From NCBI RefSeq assembly GCF_004010195.1, contig NW_025215377.1:165441-200450 (forward strand): a DNA stretch of 35,010 bases, given 5' to 3'. This DNA comes from Chiloscyllium plagiosum. Its lineage: Eukaryota. The notes beneath the pieces are model-generated. The model was given only the letters and a program-made list of their open reading frames with translations, did not search any database and was not told where the DNA came from. A program made the position numbers and the translations under genes. Shown here piece by piece: positions 1 to 10,552 of the stretch (position 1 is its first letter; each line of letters begins with the position of its first letter).

Positions 1-115
1 TGGTCAATGTTTGTCACATTGAGGGAGCTGCAGCAGCTCCGGGGGGTATTTGCAGGAGTCTCCCCCCTACCCCACCCCACCCCATCCCATCCCATTCCCC
101 ACCCCCGGGTGTTAC

Positions 116-274
116 CTTAATCCTGTGCAGGGCTCTGTCTCCCTCGGTCATCTGCACCCAGACCCTGATGCCCGACCCGTCGTGTTTCAGGGACCAGCCG
201 CTCTCCGAGTGACACTCCTCCCGGAACGACCTGAAATCGCCATCGTCCGGCACCTGCACCGTCTCCTTGGCCAT
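116..274 (-). CDS. STARD10: First coding exon of a STARD10 (START domain-containing protein 10 / PCTP-like) gene; the rest of this gene lies left of the window
   Basis: ATG at 274, 53 codons: MAKETVQVPDDGDFRSFREECHSESGWSLKHDGSGIRVWVQMTEGDRALHRIK. This matches recalled human STARD10 (ESVQVPDDQDFRSFRSEC...VWVQ...LHKIK). It ends in a phase-0 donor AAG|GTAAC at the equivalent residue. Confidence 0.93.
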
Positions 275-310
275 TTCTGCTGGACCCCCACCCCCCCAGC
301 TGCTGCTGCT

Positions 311-341
311 GTCAGGGTCAGGGTCAGGGTCAGGGTCAGGG
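311..341. repeat. (GTCAGG)5 microsatellite in the STARD10 5' UTR region
   Basis: gtcagg repeated five times. Confidence 0.9.
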
Positions 342-429
342 CCAGACTCACAGACCCCAAACCGCCTCCCCCCCCAAAAAACAACCAACAGAGAGAGAGG
401 GAGAGGGATGCAACTGGAGGGAGACGAAT

Positions 430-720
430 TCAATTCAATCCCCTGAGAATTCCGGATTGTTTTTGTTTTGCAAAATTAATGAGGGGGTGAATTGAACCAG
501 ATTTTGGAGAGCGGATCCCCCGGTTAATTGCAGCCTCTCCCTCTCTCTGCCTGGATCCTCCGGTTTAAAGGGACACTGCACCTTCCCAGCTCCAGTCCTG
601 GGAACCTGCCGGTGATTGACAGCTCGGAGCCGGGGCTTCCGCATGGTCCTAAGCGCCTCCTCGTCACCTACCATCAGCTTCCCTCTTGGGCCTTTGTCAG
701 ATCTCATTTGCTTAACCCGG
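430..720 (-). promoter_or_regulatory. Putative CpG-rich promoter / 5' region of the left STARD10 gene, containing a PBX-PREP/MEIS decamer
   Basis: CpG density is visibly higher than in the rest of the window. TGATTGACAG lies at 613-622 and an AT-rich CCCTTTAAA element at ~564-572 on the minus strand, directly upstream of the first coding exon. Confidence 0.55.
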
Positions 721-801
721 TCCCTTTGCCTCACAGTCATGGGGATGTCACCCAGAGTCATACAGCTGTGCAGCACGGAAACAGACCCCTCAGTCCAACT
801 C

Positions 802-1086
802 GGGTGCACGGTGGCTCAGTGGTTAGCACTTCACAGCACCAGGGTGCCAGGTTCAATTCCAACCTCAGGTGACTGCGGAGTTTGTACATTCTCCCAGTGT
901 CTGCGTGAGTTTCCTCCCACAGTCCAAAGATGTGCAGGTCAGAGTGAATTGGCCATGTTAAATTGCCCATAGTGTTAGGTGCATTAGTCAGAGGGAAATG
1001 GGTCTGGGTGGGTTACTGTTTGGAGGGTCGGTGTGGACTTGTTGGGCCGAAGGGCCTGTTTCCGCACTGTACGGAACCTAATCTAA
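802..1086 (+). mobile_element. HE1-type tRNA-derived V-SINE, near full length
   Basis: A-box GGTGGCTCAGTGG, B-box GGTTCAATTCC, V-domain (gtttcctcccacagtccaaagatgtgcagg), LINE-like tail ending ctaatctaa. Confidence 0.85.
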
Positions 1087-1254
1087 AAAAACTCATTCAG
1101 TATATTTAAGATGTAGATAGGTTTTTGTGTATCAAGGGATATGGGGTGAAAGCGGGAGAATGGGGTTGAGAAAGTTATTAGCCATGAGTGAACAGCAGAG
1201 CAGACTCGATGGGCTGAATGGTCTAATTTCTGCTCTTATGTCTTATCATTTAAC

Positions 1255-1690
1255 TTATCCATGCCAACCAGATATCCTAAATTTGGCCCATATCCCTCTT
1301 AAACCCTTCCTATTCATATACTCATCCAGATGCCTTTTAAATGTTGCAATTGTACCAGCCTCCACCACTTCCTCTGGCAGCTCATTCCATACATACACCA
1401 TCCTCTGCATTAAAAAAGTTGCCCCTCAGGTCCCTTTAAATCTTTCCCCTCTCACCTTAAACCTATGCCTTCTAGTTCTGGACTCCTCTACCCCAGAGAA
1501 AAGCCTTGTCTATTTACCCTATCCATGCCCCTCATGATTTTGTAAATCTCTATAAGGTCACCCCTCAGCCTCCGACGTTCCAGGGAAAACAGCCCCAGCC
1601 TGTTCAGCCTCTCCCTATAGCTCAGATGCTCCAACCCTGGCAACATCCTTGTAAATCTTTTCTGAACCCTTTCAAGTTTCACAACATCCT
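1255..1690 (-). mobile_element. CR1-group (HER1-like) LINE 3' fragment
   Basis: Translation KLERVQKRFTRMLPGLEHLSYRERLNRLGLFSLERRRLRGDLIEIYKIMRG is the CR1 ORF2 C-terminus. Confidence 0.9.
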
Positions 1691-2318
1691 GTCGCAGCGA
1701 GATTCTATCTTTCAGTTTCACCTTCCATTCTCCTAAACTCAATGGATACAGACCCTGCCTGTCCTACCTTTCCACAGAAGGTAACACTACCACCTCACTG
1801 AGGTGTCAGTCAGTAAACCTGCTCAAATGCATGTACATTCTTCTTGAATAAGGAAACCAAAATCCTGCAAAGTATTTCAGAAGTGGCCTCCCACAGCTGG
1901 AACAATATTTCCCTACTTTCTGCAATAAATAACAAGGAACCCTGCTGCATTCAGATGATGCCATTAAAGGGGAACAACGAGCCTGGGGAATTCTGTCACA
2001 GGACCATGTGCAGGCAGATAGGATGGATTTAGAATGGCATCATGGTCAGCACAGACACGGTGGGCCGAATGGCCTGACCCTGTGCTGCACTACTCTATGT
2101 TCTGAATTAAAGCTGTTCAGGTCAAAACATTGAATGTTTTCAAGAAGGAGTTAGAGGCGTTCTTGAGCCTTTGGGAACAGAGGGTAGAGGGATAGGGCAG
2201 AGTAATGGCAGATGGAGTTAAATCCGGACACCTGTGAGGGGATGGCATTTTGGGAGGTCATACGCAAGAGGAAGGTGTACAGTAAATGGAGCATTGATAT
2301 CCAGAGGGATCTGGGGTA

Positions 2319-2537
2319 CAGAGGAACCTCAATTATCCGGCCTTCAATTATCAGAATATCACATTATCCAGCAAGATCGCAAGATCCCGATGTTTGGCTA
2401 AACTATTTGATATTTAACATTTGATAATCCAGAATTCGATTAACCTAAAGAAATACTCCCTGCCCATGTCCTTTGGATAATCGAGGTTCCGGGCACCTAC
2501 CACCCTCTGTGTAAAATACTTGCCCCGTACATCTCTG
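2319..2537. mobile_element. Tc1/pogo(Tigger)-type MITE with TA target-site duplication
   Basis: TA|CAGAGGAACCTCAATTATCC ... GGATAATCGAGGTTCC[43-bp insert]TCTG|TA. Removing it restores CR1 ctggggta-caagtccac. Confidence 0.8.
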
Positions 2538-3162
2538 TACAAGTCCACAGCTCTCTGAAAGTGGCAACACAAATGTATACGGTGGTAGAGAAGGTGTATG
2601 GTACACTTGGGTTCCTCGTTCAGGGCACTGAGTATAAAAAATCTACTCAAAAAATTGAGTATAAACGTTGGCAAGTCATGTTGCCCCTGTATAAAACTTC
2701 AGTGCAGTCACATTTGGAGTGTTGTGTACAGTTCCGGTCACCACACTATAGGAAGGATGTAGAGGCTTTGGAGAGGGCGCAGAAGAGGTTTACCGGGATG
2801 TTGCCTGGATTGGAGTGTATCAGAGAGGTTGGACAAACTTGGATTGTTTTCACCAGAGTGTCAGAGGCTCAGGGGTCACCTGGTAGAGGTTTATAAAACA
2901 AGGAGAAGCATGGATAGGGTGGATGGCTGGAGTCTCTTTCCCAGGGTGGTAATGTCAAACACTAGAGGACATAGGTTTACGGTGAGAGGGGGAGAGTCTA
3001 GAGGAGATGTATGAGGCAAGTATTTTACACGGAGGGTGGTAGGTGCCCGGAACCCGCTGCCAGGGGAGGTGGGAGAAGCAGATACAATAGCAACGTTTTA
3101 GAGGCATTTAGACAGACACATGGACAGGAAGGGAAGAGAGGGATATGGAGCATGTTCAGGCA

Positions 3163-4264
3163 TTTTCTGGATTAGTGGTGCTGGAAGAGCACAGCAGTTC
3201 AGGCAGCATCCAAGGAGCTTCGAAATCGACGTTTTGGGCATCTCGTCCACATCCCCGACGTATCAGAAATAAAGGCAGAGAGCCTGAAGTGTGAAGAGAT
3301 AAGCTAGAGGAGGGTGGGGGTGGGGAGAAGGTAGCATAGAGTACAACAGGTGAGCAGTTCCTGCGGTGGCAGGGGAAAGTGCCAGGATGGGGGGGTGGGT
3401 CGTAGGGGGGCGTGGACCTGGCCAGGTAGTCACGGAGGGAACGGTCTTTGCGGAAGGCGGAGAGGGGTGGGGAGGGAAATATATCCCTGGTGGTGGGGTC
3501 TGTTTGGAGGCGGAGAGGGGTGGGGAGGGAAATATATCCCTGGTGGTGGGGTCTGTTTGGAGGCGGAGAGGGGTGGGGAGGGAAATATATCCCTGGTGGT
3601 GGGGTCTGTTTGGAGGCGGAGAGGGGTGGGGAGGGAAATATATCCCTGGTGGTGGGGTCTGTTTGGAGGCGGAGAGGGGTGGGGAGGGAAATATATCCCT
3701 GGTGGTGGGGTCTGTTTGGAGGCGGAGAGGGGTGGGGAGGGAAATATATCCCTGGTGGTGGGGTCTGTTTGGAGGCGGAGAGGGGTGGGGAGGGAAATAT
3801 ATCCCTGGTGGTGGTGTCTGTTTGGAGGTGGCGGAAATGTTGGCGGATGATTTGGTTTATGCGGAGGTTGGTAGGGTGGAAGGTGGGCACCAGGGGCGTT
3901 CTGTCCTTGTTGCGGTTGTAGGGGTTGGGTCTGAGGGCGGAGGTGCGGGATGTGGATGAGATGCGTTGGAGGGCATCTTTAACCATGTGGGAAGGGAAAT
4001 TGCGGTCTAAAGAAGGAGGCCATCTGGTGTGTTCTGTGGTGGAACTGGTCCTCCTGGGAGCAGATACGGCGGAAGCGGAGGAATTGGGAATACAGAATGG
4101 CATTTTTGCAAGAGGTAGGGTGGGAAGAGGTGTAATCCAGGTAGCTGTGGGAGTCGGTGGGTTTGTAAAAAATGTCAGTGTCAAGTCGGTCGTCATTAAT
4201 GGAGATGGAGAGGTCCAGGAAGGGGAAGGAGGTGACAGAGATGGTCCAGGTAAACTTAAGGTCA
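3163..4264 (-). mobile_element. Penelope-like element fragment (RT C-terminal/thumb region, frameshifted, internally deleted) with 3' tail
   Basis: FLDLSISINDDRLDTDIFYKPTDSHSYLDYTSSHPTSCKNAILYSQFLRFRRICS and PLVPTFHP...FRKDRSLRDYL motifs. Flanked by agcatgt(t/a)caggca at 3149-3162 and 4265-4278. Confidence 0.88.
3456..3826. repeat. Minisatellite, 7 x 53 bp, inside the Penelope fragment
   Basis: Unit ggcggagaggggtggggagggaaatatatccctggtggtggggtctgtttgga starting at 3456, 3509, 3562, 3615, 3668, 3721 and 3774. Confidence 0.95.
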
Positions 4265-5399
4265 AGCATGTACAGGCAGATGGGTATAGTACAGAATTGA
4301 CATCATGGTCAGCACAGACATGGTGGGCAGAAGGGCCTGTTGCTGTGCTGTACTGTTCTATGTTAAATAGGGGACTGAGTTGGATGGTCAGCCATGATCA
4401 TGTTAAATAATGGAAAAGGCTGGACACTCCTAGTTTCTGTGTTTCTGTGGAACACTTTGTGTTCCTTCTCTCCTAACCCCCACTCCCAAACTCCAACCAT
4501 CCTTGCCCACCCCTCAAAAAATCATAGCTCCATCCCCACCTCAACTCATCAGGTCTTAACGCAGGCACAATCCACTGCATTTGATTCAGAAGCTCTGGGG
4601 TTTGTTTTGAGGAGGGGGATGAATGGTTGAATGTGTAGAGTTGTTAGGGTCCCAGATGGAGTTGACAGAAGGCACCTACTTACCCCTGTAACAAGATCAG
4701 TGACCGGGGGGAGGCAAAAAATTGGGACTAATTGTTGGAAAGGTGAAAGGGGAGATGAGGAAAGCTTTGTTCATTGAGAGAGAAATCTGGGATCAACTTA
4801 CTGAGAGAGTGATTTGGGATTGACTCACTGAGAGGGGGATCAGGGTCTTGGACTCACGAGAGAGGGATCAGGGATCGACTTACTGAGTGAAAGGGGAGTA
4901 GAGGCAGGATCCCTTATCTCATGTAAAAAGTGTCCGGAAACACGCCTGAACCATAAACCCAGAGGGACACAGACAAATGCTGGGAAGCACTGTGAGTCAG
5001 TGGGCTGGCTCACTTCTCAGTCAGCATGCACACAGTGGGCAGAGTGGCCTCTTTCTGTGCTGTAAGTGTCTCCACTTTTTCTAAACATCCAAGGAGTAGG
5101 AATGCACAGAGACTGTGGGAAGGAACAGGAAATGAATTATCCCTTGGGATAGCCCAGTACAGTCATGATGGGTTGATTCTGTGCTGTGATAATTCTATAA
5201 CAGGAATAGGAAGGAGACAGCTACCTGAACTATTAACAATAAGCAGGAGAATCCTGAGGGAATGTACCTGGTCAGCAAGGAGCCAAGATTGAGACAAAAC
5301 AGAGGAGGTCAGTTAGCCTAACTGATTGGCCACTGAGAAATATTGCACCATAACCCATTGATTGTCTGAAAGAAATTCATTGAGTTTACACTGGAATCC

Positions 5400-5740
5400 A
5401 AGACTGGACAGGGTATACACAGGAAGGATGTTCCCACTGTTGGGGGAGTCCAGAACCAGGGGTCACAGTCTAAGGAAACGTGTGGCGGGCCATTTAGGAA
5501 TGAGATGGGGAGAAATGTCTTCGCCCAGAGAGTGGGGAACCTATGGAATTCTCAGCCACAGAAAGCGGTTGTGGCCCAAACATTGAATGTTTTCAAAGAG
5601 GAGTTAGATATAGTTCTTGGTGCAAAAGAGATCAAATGGCATGGGGGAGTAAGCAGGAACAGGAGACTGGGTTGGATCACATCGAGTGTCAGAGCAGGCT
5701 CGAAGGGCTGAATGGCTCACTCCTGCTGCTATCCCTGACA
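5400..5740 (+). mobile_element. CR1 LINE 3' end fragment
   Basis: MFPLLGESRTRGHSL...RNVFAQRVGNLWNSQP; tail gaagggctgaatggc. Confidence 0.8.
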
Positions 5741-6000
5741 TTTGTACGAGTGTCCAACACAGAGTGCTCTCACCATCGCCTCCGGGAGACCATCCCATCG
5801 AGTCACCCGGTTGCTGAGTTGGTGGAAACTGCAGGAAGAAACACAAGGATAAGGTGACAGGAAGAGAGGGTGGGAAGAGTATCACATGGAGGATAATTAC
5901 CAGCACAGGGCAGATGGGCAGAATGGCTGTATTTTATAACATACACTCAATACAGTTCTGTTTCTGCAGCCCGGTGTTGACTCTACCTTCCTCATCAAGG

Positions 6001-6190
6001 TTAAAAATCACACAACACCAGGTTATAGTCCAACAGGTTTATTTGGAAGCACTAGCTTTCAGAGCGCTGCTCCTCCATCAGGTGATGAAGAGGCAGTGCT
6101 CCGAAAGCTAGTGCTTCCAAATAACTTGTTGGACTATAACCTGGTGTTGTGTGATTTTTAGCTTTGTCCACCCCAGTCCAACACCGGTAC
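6001..6190. mobile_element. Palindromic Penelope-tail-derived mini element with hammerhead-like cores (GAAAGCTA variant)
   Basis: Arms taaaaatcacacaacaccaggttatagtccaaca... and ...ttggactataacctggtgttgtgtgattttta are reverse complements. The centre has TGATGA..gctcc-GAAAGCTA on the plus strand and CTGATGGA..GAAAGCTA on the minus strand. Confidence 0.7.
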
Positions 6191-7061
6191 CTCCTTGTCA
6201 AGCACAGACAGTGTGTTCTGTTTGCCTGTGCTTGGACGGTGTGGATTATCAAATCCTTTGGTATTCTAAACAAAAAGAGCAAACAATCCTTATCACCGTT
6301 CAACCTTCAACTTCCCAATTTAACATCACCGCTTGCCCTAGTCCAATCCCTCTGTCCCTTTAACTCTTGTGCTTTCTGAATTCTGGTGATGAGCTGTAAC
6401 ACTGTCTCCAAGCTGTGTTTACATTGAACTGTTCTCTACTGGGGAGACCAGACACGTTCCTGTGTGGCTCACCAGTGACCAGGAAGCCACAGTAATATTA
6501 AAATGACCTGCTGATTCCAGAAGTTTCTTCAGCTGTCTTGCCAGCTTACTTAGTAAATAGATGACATGGAATTTGATTTGACAGCGTTAACCCTTGCTGT
6601 GTTCAGTTTCAAGGACAGAGGAAAAAAACAGGCCTTTTACCTCACGGCCAGAGAAGATGTGGAATTCCACAAAATGACCAGCACAGAAACAGGCCATTCT
6701 GCCCATCTAGTTATGCTGATGATTGGAGCCTCCTCTAAACGCACTTTAAGTGCCATCCTCATATCGTTCTATTTTCTTGTGTGTTTACCCAGCTTTCTCT
6801 TCCATGCACAAGATATTGGTGTCATGGTAACAATGTTGGATGAACAAATCAACGGTCCAACCTAATTCTCTGGGGACATGGGTTCAAATCCTACACAGCA
6901 CTAGTGGAATTGAAATTCAATTAATAAATCTGAAAGAGAAACATTTGCCCAACTCAGTGCCCTGTGCCCACTCTCTTCCCAGCCCTTTAGCCCTAAGAAT
7001 GAAACGTAACTCTGTTCCTTGAACATATTTAATGTTTTGAACTCCACAGTTTCCTGTGGCA

Positions 7062-7561
7062 NNNNNNNNNNNNNNNNNNNNNNNNNNNNNNNNNNNNNNN
7101 NNNNNNNNNNNNNNNNNNNNNNNNNNNNNNNNNNNNNNNNNNNNNNNNNNNNNNNNNNNNNNNNNNNNNNNNNNNNNNNNNNNNNNNNNNNNNNNNNNNN
7201 NNNNNNNNNNNNNNNNNNNNNNNNNNNNNNNNNNNNNNNNNNNNNNNNNNNNNNNNNNNNNNNNNNNNNNNNNNNNNNNNNNNNNNNNNNNNNNNNNNNN
7301 NNNNNNNNNNNNNNNNNNNNNNNNNNNNNNNNNNNNNNNNNNNNNNNNNNNNNNNNNNNNNNNNNNNNNNNNNNNNNNNNNNNNNNNNNNNNNNNNNNNN
7401 NNNNNNNNNNNNNNNNNNNNNNNNNNNNNNNNNNNNNNNNNNNNNNNNNNNNNNNNNNNNNNNNNNNNNNNNNNNNNNNNNNNNNNNNNNNNNNNNNNNN
7501 NNNNNNNNNNNNNNNNNNNNNNNNNNNNNNNNNNNNNNNNNNNNNNNNNNNNNNNNNNNNN
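7062..7561. other. Assembly gap (500 N)
   Basis: N run; the round length suggests a placeholder scaffolding gap. Confidence 0.99.
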
Positions 7562-7880
7562 GAGAACATTTAAGGATGAAGATAGATTGGAGAAGCTGGG
7601 GCTGGCTTCTTTGGAGAAGAGACGGTGAAAAGGAGAGTTGATTGAAGAATCATGAGAGGTTTGAGCAGAGTACAGAGGGAGAAGCTGCCCCCCTTGTGAA
7701 AGGATTGAGGACAAGAAAGCACAGGTTTAAAAATAATGAATAAAAGAAGCTAAAGGGACTTGAAGAAATATGATTTCACCCAGTGAGGGGTTAGGGTCTG
7801 GAACGTACTGTCTGAGAGTGTGGGGGAAGGGAGGGTCACTGTGACGGTGATGGAGGGAGTGTGAAGGAGCACCACTGATC
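7562..7880 (+). mobile_element. Old CR1 LINE 3' fragment
   Basis: RLEKLGLASLEKRR*KGELIE-like degenerate CR1 C-terminus. Confidence 0.7.
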
Positions 7881-7884
7881 CAGA

Positions 7885-8107
7885 ATCTGGGATGTACTGT
7901 CTGAGAGTGTGGGGGAGGCAGGTTCACCCGAGTGGTTAGGGTCTGGGATGTACTGTCTGAGAGTGTGGGGGAGGCAGGTTCACCCGAGTGGTTAGGGTCT
8001 GGGATATACTGTCTGAGAGTGTGGGGGAGGCAGGTTCACGCCAGTGGTTAGGGTCTGGGATGTACTACCTGAGAGTGTGGGGGAGGCAGGTTCACTCCAG
8101 CGGTTAG
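7885..8107. repeat. Minisatellite, ~4 x 56 bp, derived from a CR1 3' region
   Basis: Unit ggttcacccgagtggttagggtctgggatgtactgtctgagagtgtgggggaggca starting at 7921, 7977, 8033 and 8089 (last copy partial). Confidence 0.9.
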
Positions 8108-8108
8108 T

Positions 8109-8440
8109 TCATAGAATCCCTCCACTGTGAAAACAGGCCATTTTGCCCAACAAGGCACACTGACCCTCCGAGGAGCATCCCATCCAGACTCACCCCCTTA
8201 CCCTACTCCTGTAACCCTGCATTTCCCATGGTTAATCCACCTAACCTACACATCCTACACACTATGGGCAATTTAGCAAAGCCAATCCATTTCACCTACA
8301 CATCTTTGGAACATGGGAGGAAACCAGAGCACCTGGAGGAAACCCATGCAAACATGGGGAGAATGTGCAAACTCCACACAGACTATCACCTGGATCCCTG
8401 GTCCAGTGAGGCAGCAGTGCTAACCATTGAGCCACCATGC
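8109..8440 (-). mobile_element. HE1-type V-SINE
   Basis: Antisense V-domain (ggaggaaaccagagcacctggaggaaaccc) and tRNA-like head (gcagcagtgctaaccattgagccaccatgc). Confidence 0.8.
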
Positions 8441-8822
8441 TGGCCTTTATATATTGTAAAGCTTATGCTGTCACAGTTCAGTTTCACGTAAACTGTTGGA
8501 GGTACAACAGACTGGTGCAGCAAAAGAAAAACATCACACAGATGCAGGAGGGCTTGGGAATTTCAAAGTAATTTGGGAATTAAATAAAGGACAAAGACAG
8601 ATTAACTTTCTTTTGTAATGAACCACTTGCTGTAAAAGCATCAATTGGCTGGATTCTTGATAATTTTAAATCAAGGTAGAAAAAGTAAGATAAACGTTAT
8701 TCTTAACAGTAATCATGTTTAAATACAATCAAATAATGTTGTTTTTTAAAAATAGAAACAATTTCTGGCTATTTTTAACAGATACCTTTCACAAAATGTG
8801 AGCAACTTTTAAATAGGTGTCA

Positions 8823-9260
8823 GGTTAAGGTCTGGGATGTACCATCTGAGAGTGTGGGGGAGGCGGGTTCACTCGAGTAGTTAGGTCATAGAATCCCTCC
8901 ACTGTGAAAACAGGCCATTTTGCCCAACAAGGCACACTGACCCTCCGAGGAGCATCCCATCCAGACTCACCCCCTTACCCTACTCCTGTAACCCTGCATT
9001 TCCCATGGTTAATCCACCTAACCTACACATCCTACACACTATGGGCAATTTAGCAAAGCCAATCCATTTCACCTACACATCAGGCTCACTCGAGGGGTTA
9101 GGTTTTGGGATATACTATCTGAGAGTGTGGGGGAGGCAGGTTCACTCGAGGGGTTAGGGTCTGGGGTGTACTGTCTGAGAGTGTGGGGGGAAGCAGGTTC
9201 ACTCGAGGGGTTAGGGTCTGGAGCGTATTGTCTGAGAGTGTGAAGGGAGGCAGGGTTAGG
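8823..9260. repeat. Second 56-bp minisatellite array interrupted by a duplicate of the SINE segment 8109-8304 (copy at 8886-9081)
   Basis: Same repeat unit as 7885-8107; the 196-bp SINE segment appears identical by eye. Confidence 0.85.
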
Positions 9261-10011
9261 GGTAATGGTGGGGCAGTGAGATGAAGTGACCTGCAATTCT
9301 GCACGCTTGTACAGACACAGTGGACTGAATGGCCTCCATCTGCACAGGAGCAATCCTGCAATGGAAATGCAATTTCTCAGAAATGTGCACCTTCCCAGCT
9401 GGTTGTGCTTTGCTGTGACCGAAGGAGAGATGTTGAGCTGAGCAGTATTACCTGTAAATCAGCCAAGGTTTCCCACTAGTACATTATCTCTGTTTGCTTA
9501 GTAATAATTGGCATCATTCTTTCCCACTAACAGCACTTACTCAGCACCAGATGACATCTTCGCTTATCTGGAATAATCAAGATAATGCTTTTACACAGAA
9601 TCAATCGATCGGAGATTTTTGCAAGGTATGTTTGACGGGAAGATAGAATACTTTTGAACAAGGATCCGAGGAGGCTGTGAGTGTGAACCCTCTGTCTTTT
9701 ACCTCAGTGTCACATATAGACAGGGCAGTTAAGAAGGCATTTAGCACACTTGCCTTCATTACTCAGAAATTTGAATATCTGAGTTGGAACGTTATATTGC
9801 GGCTGTACAAGATGTTGGTGAGACCTGTTCTAGAGTACTGTGTGCAGTTCTGGTTGCCCTGTTATAGGAAGGATATTATTAAACTGGAGAAGGTTCGGAA
9901 AAGATGTACCAGGTTGTTTCCTATTATGGAGGGGTTGGGTTATAAGGAGAGGTTGGATAGGCTGGGAGTTTTTTCACTGGAGCGTCAGGGGCTGAGGGGT
10001 GACCTTATAGA

Positions 10012-10552
10012 GTCGAGAGTATGTTGCTGGAAAAGCCCAGCAGGTCAGGCAGCAGCCGAAGAGCACGAGAGTCGATGTTTCAGGCATAAGCCCTTCATCA
10101 GGAATGAGACTGGTAGATCAAGGAGCAGGGAGCTAAATGGGAGGGGGAGAAGGGGGGAGGCTGGGAGGAAGGTAGGTGGGAATGTGATAGGTGGATGAAG
10201 GTGAGGGAGAAGGTGCTAGGTCAGGGGAAGGTGGATTGGTTAGGGGGGACCGGCGGCAAACTCTACACCGCCCTCTTGACCTGTCCATCACCTTTCCCAT
10301 CTATCTATTCCACCCCCCCCTGACCTATCACCTTCACCCTCACCTTCATTCACCTATCACATTTCCAGCTACCATTCCCCCCAGCCCCACCCCCTCCCAT
10401 TTATCTCTCAACCCCCTTGGCCCATAAGCCTCATTCCTAATGAAGGGTTTATGCCCGAAACGTTGATTCTCCTGTTCCTCGGATGCTGCCTGACCTACTG
10501 TGATGTTCCAGCAACACATTCTTGACTCTGATCTCCAGCGTCTCTTTCTCTA
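10012..10552. mobile_element. Imperfect ~540-bp palindromic Penelope-derived element with degenerate hammerhead-like cores; 14-bp TSD
   Basis: 10010-10107 is the approximate reverse complement of 10429-10528, and the inner purine/pyrimidine tracts are also inverted. ggtgaccttataga is duplicated at 9998-10011 and 10553-10566. Confidence 0.8.

Larger units (their letters stand above)
2190..4365 (+). mobile_element. Decayed CR1 LINE 3' portion interrupted by a MITE (2319-2537) and a Penelope element (3163-4264)
   Basis: LYKTSVQSHLECCVQFRSPHYRKDVEALERAQKRFTGMLPGL...LRGHLVEVYK. The 3' tail resumes after 4265. Confidence 0.85.

Noticed and set aside
275..433. N-terminal extension of ORF 14..433 (…PDPDPDPD…)
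   Set aside because: It starts at a non-ATG codon and is built from microsatellite sequence. Homology begins at the ATG at 274, and the ORF portion left of 116 is intron read-through.
802..870. tRNA gene candidates at SINE heads
   Set aside because: They have A/B boxes but continue into the V-domain and LINE tail, with no complete cloverleaf.
3456..3826. CRISPR-like regular repeats (also 7885-8107 and 33974-34340)
   Set aside because: The units are contiguous with no unique spacers, there are no cas genes, and they derive from vertebrate TEs.
3350..3959. Three overlapping repetitive plus-strand ORFs
   Set aside because: They are translations of the stop-free 53-bp minisatellite, antisense to Penelope.
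6901..7714. Long ORFs spanning N runs (also 14591-15410)
   Set aside because: Artefacts of assembly gaps.
7782..9260. GGGTTAGGG motifs as interstitial telomere
   Set aside because: They are single motifs within a CR1-derived 56-bp unit, not (TTAGGG)n arrays.
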